DNA of 64,000 nucleotides from assembly GCF_009914755.1 (NCBI RefSeq), contig NC_060935.1; one strand, written 5' to 3'. This document shows, in pieces, positions 1-12,293 of this stretch (its first letter is position 1; each line of letters opens with the position of its first letter). The DNA comes from the human T2T-CHM13v2.0 reference genome, Homo sapiens. A program made the translations under genes and the position numbers. Under the pieces are notes generated by a model, which was not told the DNA's origin, searched no databases, and saw nothing but the letters and a program-made list of their open reading frames with translations.

Positions 1-397
1 ACAACACACCCTCTTGGTGGGACTACGGGGAAACAGGGACTGTCACACATTGTTAGAGGCAATGCCAACTTGCACACCTTTTTGGAGAGGAATTTAACAA
101 TGTTTAATAAAACTGCATGTACATTTACCTTTCTATCTAGCAATGACACTTTTAGGAATTTACCCTGAATATACATTGCTAATACACATGCATGAGGTTA
201 TTCATTGCAGCACTGTTTGTAATTGCAAAATATTGGAAATGAAGTAAATGCTCATACATAGGAGAGTGATTGAACAGAATTTCGTACATCCACACAGTGC
301 AGTACTAAGAAACTAGAACAGAATGAGGAAAACCTCTATAAACTAATACAGAGTAATATCCAAGATATTTAACTTAAGGAAAAAAAGCCAAGTGTAA
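1..397 (+). mobile_element. Old L1 (L1MC-like) ORF2-end/3' fragment, left part, interrupted by the HSPD1 retrocopy
   Basis: Typical L1M 3' motifs (ctagcaatgacacttttaggaatttaccctga; gcagcactgtttgtaattgcaaaatattggaaa; caagatatttaacttaaggaaaaaaagc). The match resumes after about 2443. Confidence 0.65.
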
Positions 398-2442
398 TGC
401 ATGTCAATTGTGGGGCCTTGCCAACATGAAGGGGATGGAAACTGCCCTCAAGGCAATGCTGTGCTGAGGGGCTGGAGGAGTGGCGAAGGGGGATGGGATG
501 TGAGGCTTCTTTCTGTGTGCAGCCTGTGCATGTCTTGCTGCTGCTTTGCAGAAATGCTTCAATTACTTGCAGTCCTTTGCCAGATAAGGCAGGTGTCCAG
601 TGCCCTGGTTCCTCATCTCAACTGGGCTTATGCCAATGATATAAAATTTGGTGCAGTTCCCTGAGCCTTAATGCTTCAAGTGTAGATTTTGTAGCTGTTA
701 CTAAGGGATGAAAGGAGCAGAGTGATTACTGAATAGAGTTGAAGAAGTTCCAAAGTAATAGAAGATGGTGTGATCATTGGAAAGTCAATTGACTTAAAGG
801 ATAAATATAAAAATATTGAGGCTAAACTTGTTCAAGATGTTGCCAATAATATAAAGGAAGAGGCCAGGGATGCACCATCACTGCCACTGTACTGTTGCCA
901 ATCCAGGGGAAATCAAGAGAGGTGTGATGTTAGCCCTAGATGCTGTAATTGTTCAACTTAAGAAGCAGTCTGAACCTGTAACACCCTCTGAAAGACATGT
1001 CTCAGGTTTCTACGATTTCTGCAAATTGAGACAACGATATTGGCAACATCATTTCTGATGCAATAAAAAAGTTTGGAAGTAAAAGCGTCATCACATAAAA
1101 GGATGGAAAAACACTGAAAGATGAATTGGGAATTACTGAAGGCCTTAAGTTTGATCAAGGTTCTATTTTCCCATGCTTTATATACGTCAAAAGGTCAGAG
1201 ATGTGAATTCCAGGATACCTATATTCTATTTAACAAAAAGAAAATTTGTAGCATCCAGTTCGTTGTACTTGCCCTTGCAATTGCTGATGCTCACAGAAAG
1301 CCCTTGGTAATAATTACTGAAGATGATTATGGAGAAGCTCTAAGTACATTCATTTTGAATAGGCTGAAAGTTTGTCTTCAGATTATAGCAGTCAGAACCC
1401 CTGGCTTTGATGACAATAGAAAGAACCAGCTTAATGATATAGCTATTGCTACTGGTGGTTAAATATATGAAAGAGGCTAACAATAAATCTTCAGGATGTT
1501 CATCCTCATGACTTAGAAAAAGTTGGAGAGGTCATTCTGACTAAAGATGATGCCATACTCTTCAAAGGAAAAGGCAACAAGTCTTAAATTGAAAAATATA
1601 TTCAGGAAGTAATTGAACAGTTAAATACCACAATTCATAAAAAGGAAAGCCAAAATGAGCATCTGGGGAAACTTTTAGATGGAATACCTGTACTGAAAGT
1701 TCATGGGACAGGTAATGTTAAAATGAATAAAAAGAAAGAGTTACAGGTACCTTTAATGCCAAATGAGCTGCTGTTGAAGAAGGCATTGTTCTAAGAGAGA
1801 GTTGCGCTCAAATTCAGTGTGTCCCATCCTTAGACTCACTAGCTTCAGCTAATGAAGATCGGTAAGTTGATGTAGACATTATTAAAAGAACACTCTGAAT
1901 TCTTGCAATGATAAATTTTAAGAATGCAGGTGTTGAAAGATCATTAATAGTTTAAAAATGCAGAATTCCTCAGAAGTTGATTATGAGGCTATGTTTGGAG
2001 ATTCTCCGAATGTGGTAGAGAAAAAAATTATTGATCTAGCTAAAGCTGTAAGACTGCTTTATCATGTGCTGCTGGGGTGGGCTACCAGCTAACTATAGCA
2101 GAAGTTGTAGTCATGGAAATTCCTAATGGATGGACCCTGGAATGGGAGGAATGGGTGGAGTGGGAGGACATATGAGAATTAGCATGTTCTAACCCTTAGA
2201 CTGTTGGTTTGCCATTATTAATTAACCGATGAGAAGCTCAGGAAAGTGTCTGTCACAAATAGTTTCAGAGAAGTCATTGAAGAAAATGATTGAAGAAATG
2301 GCTGGCTGATGTTTAAGAAAATCACTGTAACCATCAGTTACCAGTTTCAGTGGATAACATAATAATGATTTGATGCCATCATCATCCAGATAACTTATTT
2401 TGTACTTTTGGACAAAAAGACATTTTTGCATTTTAGAAAAAA
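398..2442 (+). pseudogene. HSPD1P: Processed pseudogene of HSPD1 (mitochondrial HSP60/chaperonin 60), nearly full length, with many stops and frameshifts
   Basis: ATG at 554 begins an MLQLLAVLCQIRQVSSALVPHLNWAYANDIKFG leader (HSP60: [33 protein letters not shown]). ORF fragments read [41 protein letters not shown] and [24 protein letters not shown]-type tail ends ATG TTC TAA at 2190-2192. There are no introns, 3'UTR homology runs to about 2432, and an A-rich remnant follows. Confidence 0.95.
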
Positions 2443-3935
2443 TTTTAAAGGAGTAACAATAGTATGCTGTCCTTCGTGTAATAAAGGGGGAATGAGAAAG
2501 TATACATTCATCCACTCATCTCTTCAAAACAAATACCAGAAACAAATGAGATTTGTTATCAACATAGGGTGGCTGGGAATGGAAATGAAAGAATGTGAAA
2601 AGAATGATACTTCTTTCAGTATACTTTTCTGTAATACACTGCCCTTTATAACATTTCCTCCATAAAAACAACCAACCAGAATGTAGAGAGAAGCTAAAAT
2701 GAAAAACAAATAATAACATATGAACCTAACTATATTACAAATAACTCCATGGTTATGTTGTTTATTTGTAATACAGTTAGGTTCATATGTTATTAGAGAA
2801 GAAAAGAACTTAGGTAATTTGGGAAAATATTATTTGATATTTTGATTGGTTACCATACCCAGATACGGTACACTAGTTAATAATTTTGTCTAAGTGTATT
2901 GGTTAGCAATTCTGTAACTACTTTATATGTATACCAACATTGAGCAAATAAGTAAAAATATTATGGATGATAAGGACCAGGTTTCCCACTGTTGGAGAGA
3001 GAAGTTGCAAATAAAAAAAAGAGGAAAGGCTAGAATAAGCACTCCTGTGTTGGGTTGAAATAAGAATGAGTTCATAGTTTTTAATATAGATATTTAATAT
3101 AGACTTAATATTAATATTTAATATAGAGATTGAATTTTAGATGTTGAAGTAAATGTAGTAAATGAAGTAAATGTAGATGTGTAGATGTGTGTGTAAGTAT
3201 CTACACATAATGTGGACATTCCAAGAACATTCCAGTAATGATGAACACACTTGGCATCCATTCTCCAATTAAAAAAGCCAGGGCTTCTTAGTAAAATGGC
3301 TGATTATATCTGAGGCAGGGAAAATATAAGATGATAAAGGACAATCTTGTGGTGTCAGAAAATAAGGAAATGCTTATGAAATGATTGGGAAAAGCATATG
3401 GAAAGGATTCAGGAGCTACAAATGAGTAGCTCTGGGACACCGTGAGTAAAAAAATTAAATAGTGGTCATAATGTGTTATTACCATAAAATAAAAATCAAT
3501 GCCTATGAGCCCAAATTGATATAAGTAAATAAGTGAATAAATAAATAGATGGAGGAGAAGCTCCAGCTTTTCCATATGGTAAACTTCCAATGAATAATGT
3601 AGAAGGATGGAAGGGAAACAGAAAATCATCATTAGGTAAATATCACAGTCATAATTGCTGCAGGAAAGAATCATCAATGGATGCTAAAATTAATAGGTGA
3701 ATGTATAATGAGAAACATAAATTTATATAGTCTCAAAGCATTTCTTCATAAAATGCCTTTTAATTATTAAAGGGAAAATAGTAACTTAACAGTGGAGAAA
3801 CCTGGTGGACACCATCTTAACCACGTAATTGAAGGTAACACCACCAGTAATAAGACATACAGGCATGACATTCCTCCACACTGAGAAGGGTACAGCATCA
3901 CTTCTGCGGTATTTCTGCCACATGCAAAAACATGA
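2443..3935 (+). mobile_element. Old L1 (L1MC4-like) 3'UTR, right part
   Basis: Continues the element broken at 397. Diagnostic stretch aaagggaaaatagtaacttaacagtggagaaacctggtggacaccatcttaacc...cagcatcacttctgcggtatttctgcca. Confidence 0.65.
2711..2795. repeat. Near-perfect inverted repeat, 34-bp arms (33/34 match), 17-bp spacer
   Basis: taataacatatgaacctaactatattacaaataa (2711-2744) vs ttatttgtaatacagttaggttcatatgttatta (2762-2795). Confidence 0.97.
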
Positions 3936-4869
3936 GACACCCAGGAGGAGGAGGTGGGAGGCAGACAGGAAGAGAGGGAAGAAAAAGGGATAGGTATTGG
4001 TGGAGGTTTGATACTACCACCTCCATTAAGATGTTGATAGTGAAGACAGGAAGATGTGGAGGCAGTACGTAGATTACAAGAAAAATTGTGAATCAACAGA
4101 ATTTGAGGATCAGTATCAGATGAGAAACAATGGATTCTGAAGAGAGTAGAAGGAGGTTTAAGGAAGATACCCAGATTTGTGGGCTGATGTACAAGTGGTT
4201 GATCTTGCCTTGTATTAACAACAGGATAAATTGGAGGAGACAAAGTTTTAGGGATAATTATCCACTAATTTAAGATTCTCAATTCATCAGTACTGCAATC
4301 CCAAGCATGTAGCATATCCTTAGTGAAGTCTTTTATTATTTTATTTGTTTATTATTTCTTATTATATTATTAGGGTCAGATAATCAAATTATATCCACAG
4401 AGAAACTAGTTTTACCTTGATGAAATTCACATTTGCAGGCCAGCTTACCTTGCTGCGATACATGTCCTCGTGAGACCTGGGGTCAGGGTGTGAGAAGTTC
4501 TGTTCATTCTGGTTTAATCTCTGTAGTAAAAAGAAACACCTTTTCCTACTTCATAGGCTATCTCTTTGTAGATTAGTGATATGTAGGAAGCAGTAATGGC
4601 CTCAGGTATGTCATGGAAGAGACCCTTAAAATGAGTTCTGTTCTCACATTACATTGTCAGAAAAATCCCTGGCCCCTGAGCCACCACCACAGCAAGTATT
4701 CTATTTGAAATATAGAAAGAATTGCCACCAGTTTTCTCCTTTATTTTATATATAAATGTCAAAAAAAGAGACATGAGTATCTTAGATGTGAAATGTTAGG
4801 CATACATTTAGATATTTTCTGTTTGAAGTTTGGTAGATTTATTCAATATTAGTTTATATACAAAACATC

Positions 4870-5090
4870 TGGAGAAAGAGAATGGGCCTTGGACAAGCTA
4901 GTTGTGGGTTCAAATTTCAGTGCTGCCACTTAGCCAATAACAAGTCTGTGAACCCTAACAATAGGCATAAATTATTGAAGCCTCATTTCCCTAGAGTGTA
5001 AAAGGGAGTCAAAGACTTGACTAATAAAATTCATGGAAAATTAACTGAAATAGTTGCAAAACCAAGTATGGTATCCAGTATGTGTGTTTT
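4870..5090 (+). mobile_element. MIR SINE fragment
   Basis: gggttcaaatttcagtgctgccacttagc...agcctcatttccctagagtgtaaaagggag core-like sequence. Confidence 0.55.
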
Positions 5091-5473
5091 CACAAAATGA
5101 ATGGATGATATTTAGCAAATATTAAATACACAAATGGGTTATATTTTCATTTTTGTTTCCTACTATTTTATTAGGAAACAAAAACTAAATAAGGTAAGCC
5201 CTAGCAATAAAATCTCAGAATTATTTTTTTTCTTGGTGGAGCCATTAAGAAAAATTAATTAGTTAATTTGTTTGAAGATCGTAAATACCAAGGTAGTGAA
5301 TCATTGCTAAAGCAAATATAATTATCATAAAAGTATACAATAATTTACAGATTAGGTGAATAAGTTTTAGCTATGTGGTAAGAAATATAATGTATTATTA
5401 TTCACCTGATCTGGATCAAACCTAGTTGGGTTCCAAAGACAACATTTAAAAATATTTTTTAAAAATTATTCCT

Positions 5474-5704
5474 GGTGTATGATGTTCCCCTTCCTGTGTC
5501 CATGTGTTCTCATTGTTCAGTTCCCACCTATGAGTCGGGGGAGAGGGGAGGGATAGCATTAGGAGATATACCTAATGCTAAATGACGAGTTAATGGGTGC
5601 AGCACACCAACATGGCACATGTATACTTATGTAACAAACCTGCACGCTGTGCACATGTACCCTAAACCTTAAAGTATTATAATAATAAAATTTAAAAAAA
5701 GAAA
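5474..5704 (+). mobile_element. Short 5'-truncated, 5'-inverted L1PA (L1PA4-like) insertion with 13-bp TSD
   Basis: 5474-5535 is antisense L1 3'UTR. 5536 onward is the sense L1 3' end (gcattaggagatatacctaatgctaaatgacgagttaatgggtgcagcacacc...) plus poly(A). TSD aaaaattattcct at 5461-5473 and 5705-5717, at a tttttt/aaaaa endonuclease site. Confidence 0.93.
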
Positions 5705-6049
5705 AAAAATTATTCCTTCATATGATAGAACATACTGTGTCTGAGTTTGTTCAAATGTTTGCTCTGATTATAGAACTTGATTTATATGAATTCCATCTGT
5801 ATACTCTCACCGGCGAAATAACCTGTAAATGAACCCAAGAGCGACTGATCTTTGAAAATAAAATACTCTCACATTGAACACTATCTCTTTGAGTGAAATT
5901 ATGATGAAATTACATGAATGGTGACATAGGGAAGTGGAGAGGAGTTATTTCAGTTAAATCAACATTGATTAATCATGTTCCATGTCCAAGACATTATAAG
6001 TAATGTTGTGGCTACATCATTTTTAAAGTGTGGCACCTGTCCTTAATGT

Positions 6050-6220
6050 TGGGAATCAAGTAGGCCTTGAGGCTCAATTCCATTCTGGCTCAGGAATCTA
6101 TCAAAATTATGATCTTGGGCAAGTTATTAAAACCTCTCTAACTTCCTCTTTCACCCTCTGGAAATGTGAATACCACAACACTTACTTTGTGAGAATTAAA
6201 TGTAAAATATTGTTGAAAAT
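6050..6220 (+). mobile_element. MIR SINE fragment
   Basis: tgatcttgggcaagttattaaaacctctc...ctctggaaatg...tgtgagaattaaatg. Confidence 0.6.
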
Positions 6221-6927
6221 AATTGGCAGGAAATAAATGTCTAAATATCTTTCTCTTTCTCTCTATGATAGAGTTTTTGAGAAGATTAAATTTAAAATCT
6301 TTAAATTTTGTATGTTTAAAATTTATGTATTTATGTATGTTAAAGGTTATTAATCATTATATAGATATATGAAATTGTTATTATAAATAAATATGTAAAT
6401 AGGTACAGCTCACTGTAATTTATCTGGAAGGACAACCTCAACCAATGAATGCATATTTTGGCATTTGCTTTTTCATAGCCAAAATCTCATAGCAAGACAG
6501 TGGAAAACAGGATGGATTTTTCTCCATGGTAGAGAACTGATGTCCTTAGTTTAAATGAAACTGTGTAAAGCGAAGTCTCTGTGTATAAAAAGAGAAAGCT
6601 GTTGTTATATTAGTCAGATAGTGAGGATAAACTCAAGAAAAGTGAAAGGATCTATCTATATATAGATATAGATATATATATTCTTATTCATGCTTTGTCA
6701 GTCCTTTACTAATTTTTTATCTTACTTAGAATAATACCATATAAATGGAAAAGGGATAAGATAATGAAAAAGTTTCCCCAAATAAATGAAAATTGCAAAG
6801 GAAATTCAAATTTACTTTTCAAAGGGATTATTACAACATTTCAGCCTATCCTATTTTTTGTGCATAATTTTTAAAATTATGTTTCCTTGTTTCTTTTACC
6901 ATGCTTAGTGAATCCGTTTCACATAGG

Positions 6928-6929
6928 TG

Positions 6930-6961
<32 letters not shown>

Positions 6962-6980
6962 CTTTGTTTTTGTTTTTTTT
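6928..6980. repeat. (GTTTT)n simple repeat
   Basis: Read directly from the sequence. Confidence 0.9.
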
Positions 6981-7355
6981 AATATAGAGAAAGCTTTAAG
7001 TAAATTGCCCATAAATAAATCATTGCAGCCCAGATTTAAAAGTACATTTGGCCTTAGGCCATTCCTCATAACTAGTGAAAGCTCAAAAGTATGAGCCCAA
7101 TGTGGAAAAAAAAGAAAAAAAATATAAAGAGCTCAGCAAAAAGGATTTAATAAAGGGAAACCACATATTTAATTTAAATATCTCATACAAAGGCTGCATA
7201 TTACCCAATGCTTTTAATACATGATGAGATATTGAATATCATAATGGAGATATAAAAATCTGCATTTATCTTTAGAACTCTAAACAAAACTCTTCTATTA
7301 AGTCATGGTAGGTTGATATTGCAGTATAATATAAAAAATAATAATTCTGAATACA

Positions 7356-7648
7356 GGCCAGGCACAGTGACTCACTCCTGTAATTCCAGCAATTTGAGAG
7401 GGTTAGGCAGGTGGATCACTTGAGGTCAGGAGATCAAGACCAGCCTAGCCAACATGGTGAAACGCTGTCTCTACTAAAAATACAAAAATTAGCTGGGCGT
7501 CGTGGTGCCTGCTTTTAATCCCAGCTACGTAGGACGCTGAGGCAGGAAATGACTTGAACCTGAGAGGTGGAGGCTGCAGTGAGCTGAGATTGCACCACTG
7601 CACCCCAGCCAGGAAGACAGATTGAACTGCATCTCAAAAAAAAAAAAA
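7356..7648 (+). mobile_element. AluS (Sx/Sz-like), full length
   Basis: ggccaggcacagtgactc...ctactaaaaatacaaaaattagc...atctcaaaaa. TSD aattctgaataca at 7343-7355 and 7655-7667. Confidence 0.95.
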
Positions 7649-9061
7649 TTCTGAAATTCTGAATACATTTATTTCTGCACATATGGACACATACTCAAAG
7701 GAAATTTATAAAATGAAATTACTTGTCAAAATGATGGAATTATGGGATCTTTTCCAGATTTTTCTTTAATGCTTTTACAGATAAAAGCAATGCTTAATTT
7801 AGAGAAACACTATCATGCATTATACATTCCAATTTTACCTGAAAGTTTTTGCCCTTTCCTGTGTGATTTGTGGGGATAAAAGCTTTCAATCAATTTTCAA
7901 CTACAAGCTTTTCTACCTTGTACAAGAAAGTTTTTAATTTGGGATTGTTGTTAAATTACTTCAGGAACATAGTTCAGAAATTATTAATTAATATATGCTA
8001 ATTAACAGCACAAATATTTTAAAGATGCACAAATAGGTCCAGAATGGAAATTTTAAAGTAGCTTGAGGCCATTGAAGTAACAAAAGGACAATTCAAAAAT
8101 AATTAACAACAGACCCAGAGGACCAGTAGTGGGTACAGCTGCAAGGAAACACTTCTGTGTGTGCTGGCAGACTGTAGACCTTCAGCGGCTCTTCAGTGAG
8201 TACAGCTGTGCTCAGCTAATTTTGTTTGTTACCACAATAATCTAGAAACTACTAAACTTAGAGACGCTTTGAGGCAGGATCTATAGGATTTAGGTTTTAC
8301 AAAATATATTGGGGGCTTGTAGGTGAGAATTGTGGGATTTATGCCTCAACTTCCACATTTATATTTATGGAAATATTATTTAGAGACTGCTTTGAGATAT
8401 AAAATTAATGGTTTTGCTTCTCAAAACTTGATGATGTCAAGACTGTTTAGTAATTTTTAAACTAAAATATTATAAAAATTAACCAGAAATATTTTAAATT
8501 TTGAAAAACAAAAAAAAAAATCAATATATATAATTGAAACTCAAAGTTACTAGTGCAATTTTCATGTGAAAAAATTCTGCTAGAGAGTATGTATCATCAA
8601 ATCACACTGTTTTAAATTTCTTAATATTTTAACAATCTGATATCACTTTGAGATAATTTGGTTGAATGCTTCCCTACAATAAATAAGTGAATAAGTCTCC
8701 ATCATAAAATGATATATCCATTCTGTCTGAAAGTAACTATGACCTCAACGAACAGTTGATTTTGTTGCCTAAATATTATCATGCTTAAGACTTGAGTATA
8801 CTTTATTATAAAACATCAATTATCTTACAAAATGTAATGGATTCATTTCTAGTAAAATCATCTTAGGAGATATATTTTCAAATAATTATATTATTCAGAT
8901 TCACCAAGACCCTATATTGCTGAAACGAGACAGGCCAATAAAGATATTTATTAAATTATGATGACAACATCTGTTTTAGAAATGTAAATTAATTATACTG
9001 AACAGAATAATTATTTGATCTTTAGCCGTTTTAGGTCTTCAGTTGGGACAGACCCAGAAGA

Positions 9062-9090
9062 GTGTGTGTGTGTGTTCGTGTGTGTGTGTG
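9062..9090. repeat. Interrupted (TG)n microsatellite
   Basis: gtgtgtgtgtgtgttcgtgtgtgtgtgtg. Confidence 0.9.
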
Positions 9091-9901
9091 TTCTGGCTGT
9101 TTCTGCAGGTGTCTCTGAGAGACTTCGATTAGTAAAGGGTCTAGGTTAGGTTCACTAATGTCCACAAAAGGATGACAGTCAAACCATCAGCTTTTCTGGT
9201 CTCCAGTGTAAGAGCTTCACCTTCAACCAGTAACTGTGAATCTACAGTCAAGGCCAGACTTGATGGCAATAACAATCACAATTGATTGCAACAAAATCAT
9301 CATTTTAAAAATCTGAAAAAAACAGCGATTATATCTTATGGAGAATTTCTAAAAGTGGACTTTCAAATCAGTGTAAATCAGCGTAGTCAATAAACAGCAA
9401 TCACTTATTTGCTACATGTTACCTTAGCATTCTGAGGAGTTGCCAATCATGACAATGGTCATAATCAAAAGATGCTGTAACCATACTATTACATCTTTTC
9501 ATTACACTTGCTGAAGGCACGTTGTTGAGGACATTTTCTATTATATGACTACCTTCCCTATATTAAGTCTTATGTTTGAAACATCTTTTAGAATTTAGTA
9601 CTAGAGATATATCTTTAACCTCCAACCAGGACCTGTTATGCTTAATCCCCACTGAAAATAAAATTATGTAACTGTCTATGTTTCCCTTTTTGTTTTGATG
9701 ACCAAGAAGCCTACAGATAGATGTTGCTCTCTCATTAATAGTCAAATGATTAGTACAAGAAGTCAGACCAGGAAGAGGTCATTAATATCAATACAAAAGA
9801 TTAAGAAAGGCTACAGAAAATACCAAATTTGAGCCAGTTTTTAGATAATAGAATATATTTGTGTATTAGACGAGCAAAAAGGATTTTAAAGAATGTAATT
9901 C

Positions 9902-10275
9902 TGTACTAGTTAGAATAGGCTAAGCTGCAGTAACAAAATGACCCAAAGAATTAAGGATGATTAAAGGAGAAGTCATAACTCTACAGTGGGTTTTCAATTC
10001 AATGGGGTTGGGGTTTCTCTCCACTTTGTCTTAAGGGACCCAGGGTCCCTTCATCTCGTGGCGCTACCATCCTTTAAAGCATCCATGTCATCTGCCTTCG
10101 GCTAACAGGAAAACAAGTACAAAGTACACACTGTAGGTGAAATGTGTCAGGCCTGAAAATGGCCCACGTTATTTCTACTCAATGCCCAACGGGAAAGACT
10201 TAATCACTCAGCTGCAACTAATTGCAAGTGAGGCCCAGGAAGAAGAGGAAAGTAGACATACAGGGCTCTGTTACA
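9902..10275 (-). mobile_element. MaLR solo LTR (MLT1J-like)
   Basis: Starts tgtactagttagaataggctaagctgcagtaacaaa (reverse complement of the MLT1 3' end). Ends gcccaggaagaagagga...ctctgttaca. Confidence 0.7.
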
Positions 10276-11952
10276 AACATTAAAAATAACAAACTAAAAT
10301 GCAATTAGCCTTGGCATAGTAAAAAGCATAATTTTATATTAGACATGACTGTAATTTCCCTAAAAGTTTAAAAGTTTCTTATCCACTGCAACCAACCCTT
10401 TTTTCACATATGCAAGAACTTATCTATAAACACATACAGAGGTTTTGGAATGAATTGAAGGATCCCAGATTGACAAGAAACCATTATATCTTGTGGAACA
10501 CATTTTAGCTACTATTAAATGTAAATTTTGCAATAACACAGAAGAAAGAAATAAAACAGCTCCTATTTACATAGTAAAGTAATATACTTACTTCTAGCTT
10601 ATTTGATAATGTATATAATTCAAATTACTTTTAGTTGTTTTATTTATAACTGTATTCTCAAGTTCCTTAATTTGAACAATTTTAAATGATAATACAGTGG
10701 TTAAAATGGAATGAAAAATTTAGTTTCCTAAAATAAAATGTATCACAATCACTGAAAACCTAAATTATCTAAGTTGTAACACAGTGTGCTGTCCTATTTC
10801 TGATAACTCTGGTTAGAAAGCAATTGGTGGACAGTTTTGCAGAGACTCCTAAGCTACACATCATCACTGTACAGAAAACTCTATACATCATTAACAACGT
10901 ATCAATGCAAGCAATATAATTCCCTAGAGAAGAATAGTTTGCACTTAACATCAATTTAACCATTTTCTCTAGACACATCCTATTATGAAGTTTCATAACT
11001 CAGCAGAAACATCGGTATGTAGCAGGGGGCAAACATTATGTAAAAGTGGGGAATGATCAAAAACTTCACTCTCAGATGGACTCTAATCTTTAACTAGAGA
11101 ATATACTATATTATAATTTAAATTACCTCGATGCCTTACTTTTAGAAGAGCAAATTGTTCTCACGTTTTACAACTTGATAGGCAGTTGCTCTAATCCATA
11201 AAAAAAGAAAAAAGGAGAAACTGAGTCTTTGCCTTTTCTTACTCTCTGCAATCCTTATTATTCAGTGTTACATGGAGGTTTATCTTAGCAAAGTCCTCCG
11301 TGATAACTTATTCATTAATCTTCAGAATATCCCAAACAAGTGAATATTTTCCCCTTATGTTGAAAATGAGGTTAACATTATCTTCATCTCCATAGAATGA
11401 GTCACTAGAAAAGGTGGATTGGAGCTAAGAATTCCTGAAATCCCAGTCCAAGCATGTCCAGTTTCATAAACCACCTTTTAAAATTCATTCTTTCATTTCA
11501 GAGCATGGCAAGCTCCATACCAGCTAATTTTTCTCTGTGACTATAAATATACCATATTTGCCCTAAAAGCATAAAAAGAAAAAAAAAATCTTAATGGGAA
11601 TTCTGCTCCTACCTAAGCCACTCTAGCAGTTATTTTCTTAGCAAACTCTTAATTATACGCCCTTAGACAACAAGAAATAAAGCTAAATCTCACTATCTCT
11701 CCAAAAGCAAGATTCTGTCTCAGTGAGACTCTTTAATTAATCCAATGATATATGTTTCTGAATTTCTAAAAAGACATTCTTACAAGTTTTTTTTTTCTTG
11801 GAAGGGAGGAATAGTCATTCCAGGGGAGAGAAGTACAAATTCCAATGGTAATAAATTTTCCCAACTTTCAAGTCGTCTTGCAATGACTTACAACAAAGAA
11901 AAGACATAACATAGAGTTAAACGAAGATTTTTAAGTACAGCCTTTGTTCTCT

Positions 11953-12293
11953 CTTTTTTCTTTTTTTTTATTTATTATTATTATACTTTAAGTTTTAGGG
12001 TACATGTGCACAATGTGCAGGTTAGTTACATATGTATACATGTGTCATGCTGGTGCGCTGCACCCACTAACTCGTCATCTAGCATTAGGTATATCTCCCA
12101 ATGCTATCCCTCCCCCCTCCCCCCACCCCACAACAGTCCCCATGGAATACTATGCAGCCATAAAAAATGATGAGTTCATGCCCTTTGTAGGGACATGGAT
12201 GAAATTGGAAATCATCATTCTCAGTAAACTATGCAAGAACAAAAAACCAAACACCGCATATTCTCACTCATAGGTGGGAACTGAACAATGAGG
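11953..12293 (-). mobile_element. Short 5'-truncated, 5'-inverted young L1 (L1PA2/PA3-like) insertion with 11-bp TSD
   Basis: Poly(T), then antisense L1 3' end to about 12140 (reverse complement reads ctagatgacGAGttagtgggtgcagcgcacc, so not L1HS-Ta). 12141-12292 is sense ORF2-end sequence (MEYYAAIKNDEFMPFVGTWMKLE). TSD ctttgttctct at 11942-11952 and 12294-12304. Confidence 0.93.

Noticed and set aside
401-1462. ORFs with HSP60-like peptides as a functional chaperonin gene
   Set aside because: They are spread over several frames with stops, deletions and substitutions at conserved residues, and there are no introns. This is a processed pseudogene.
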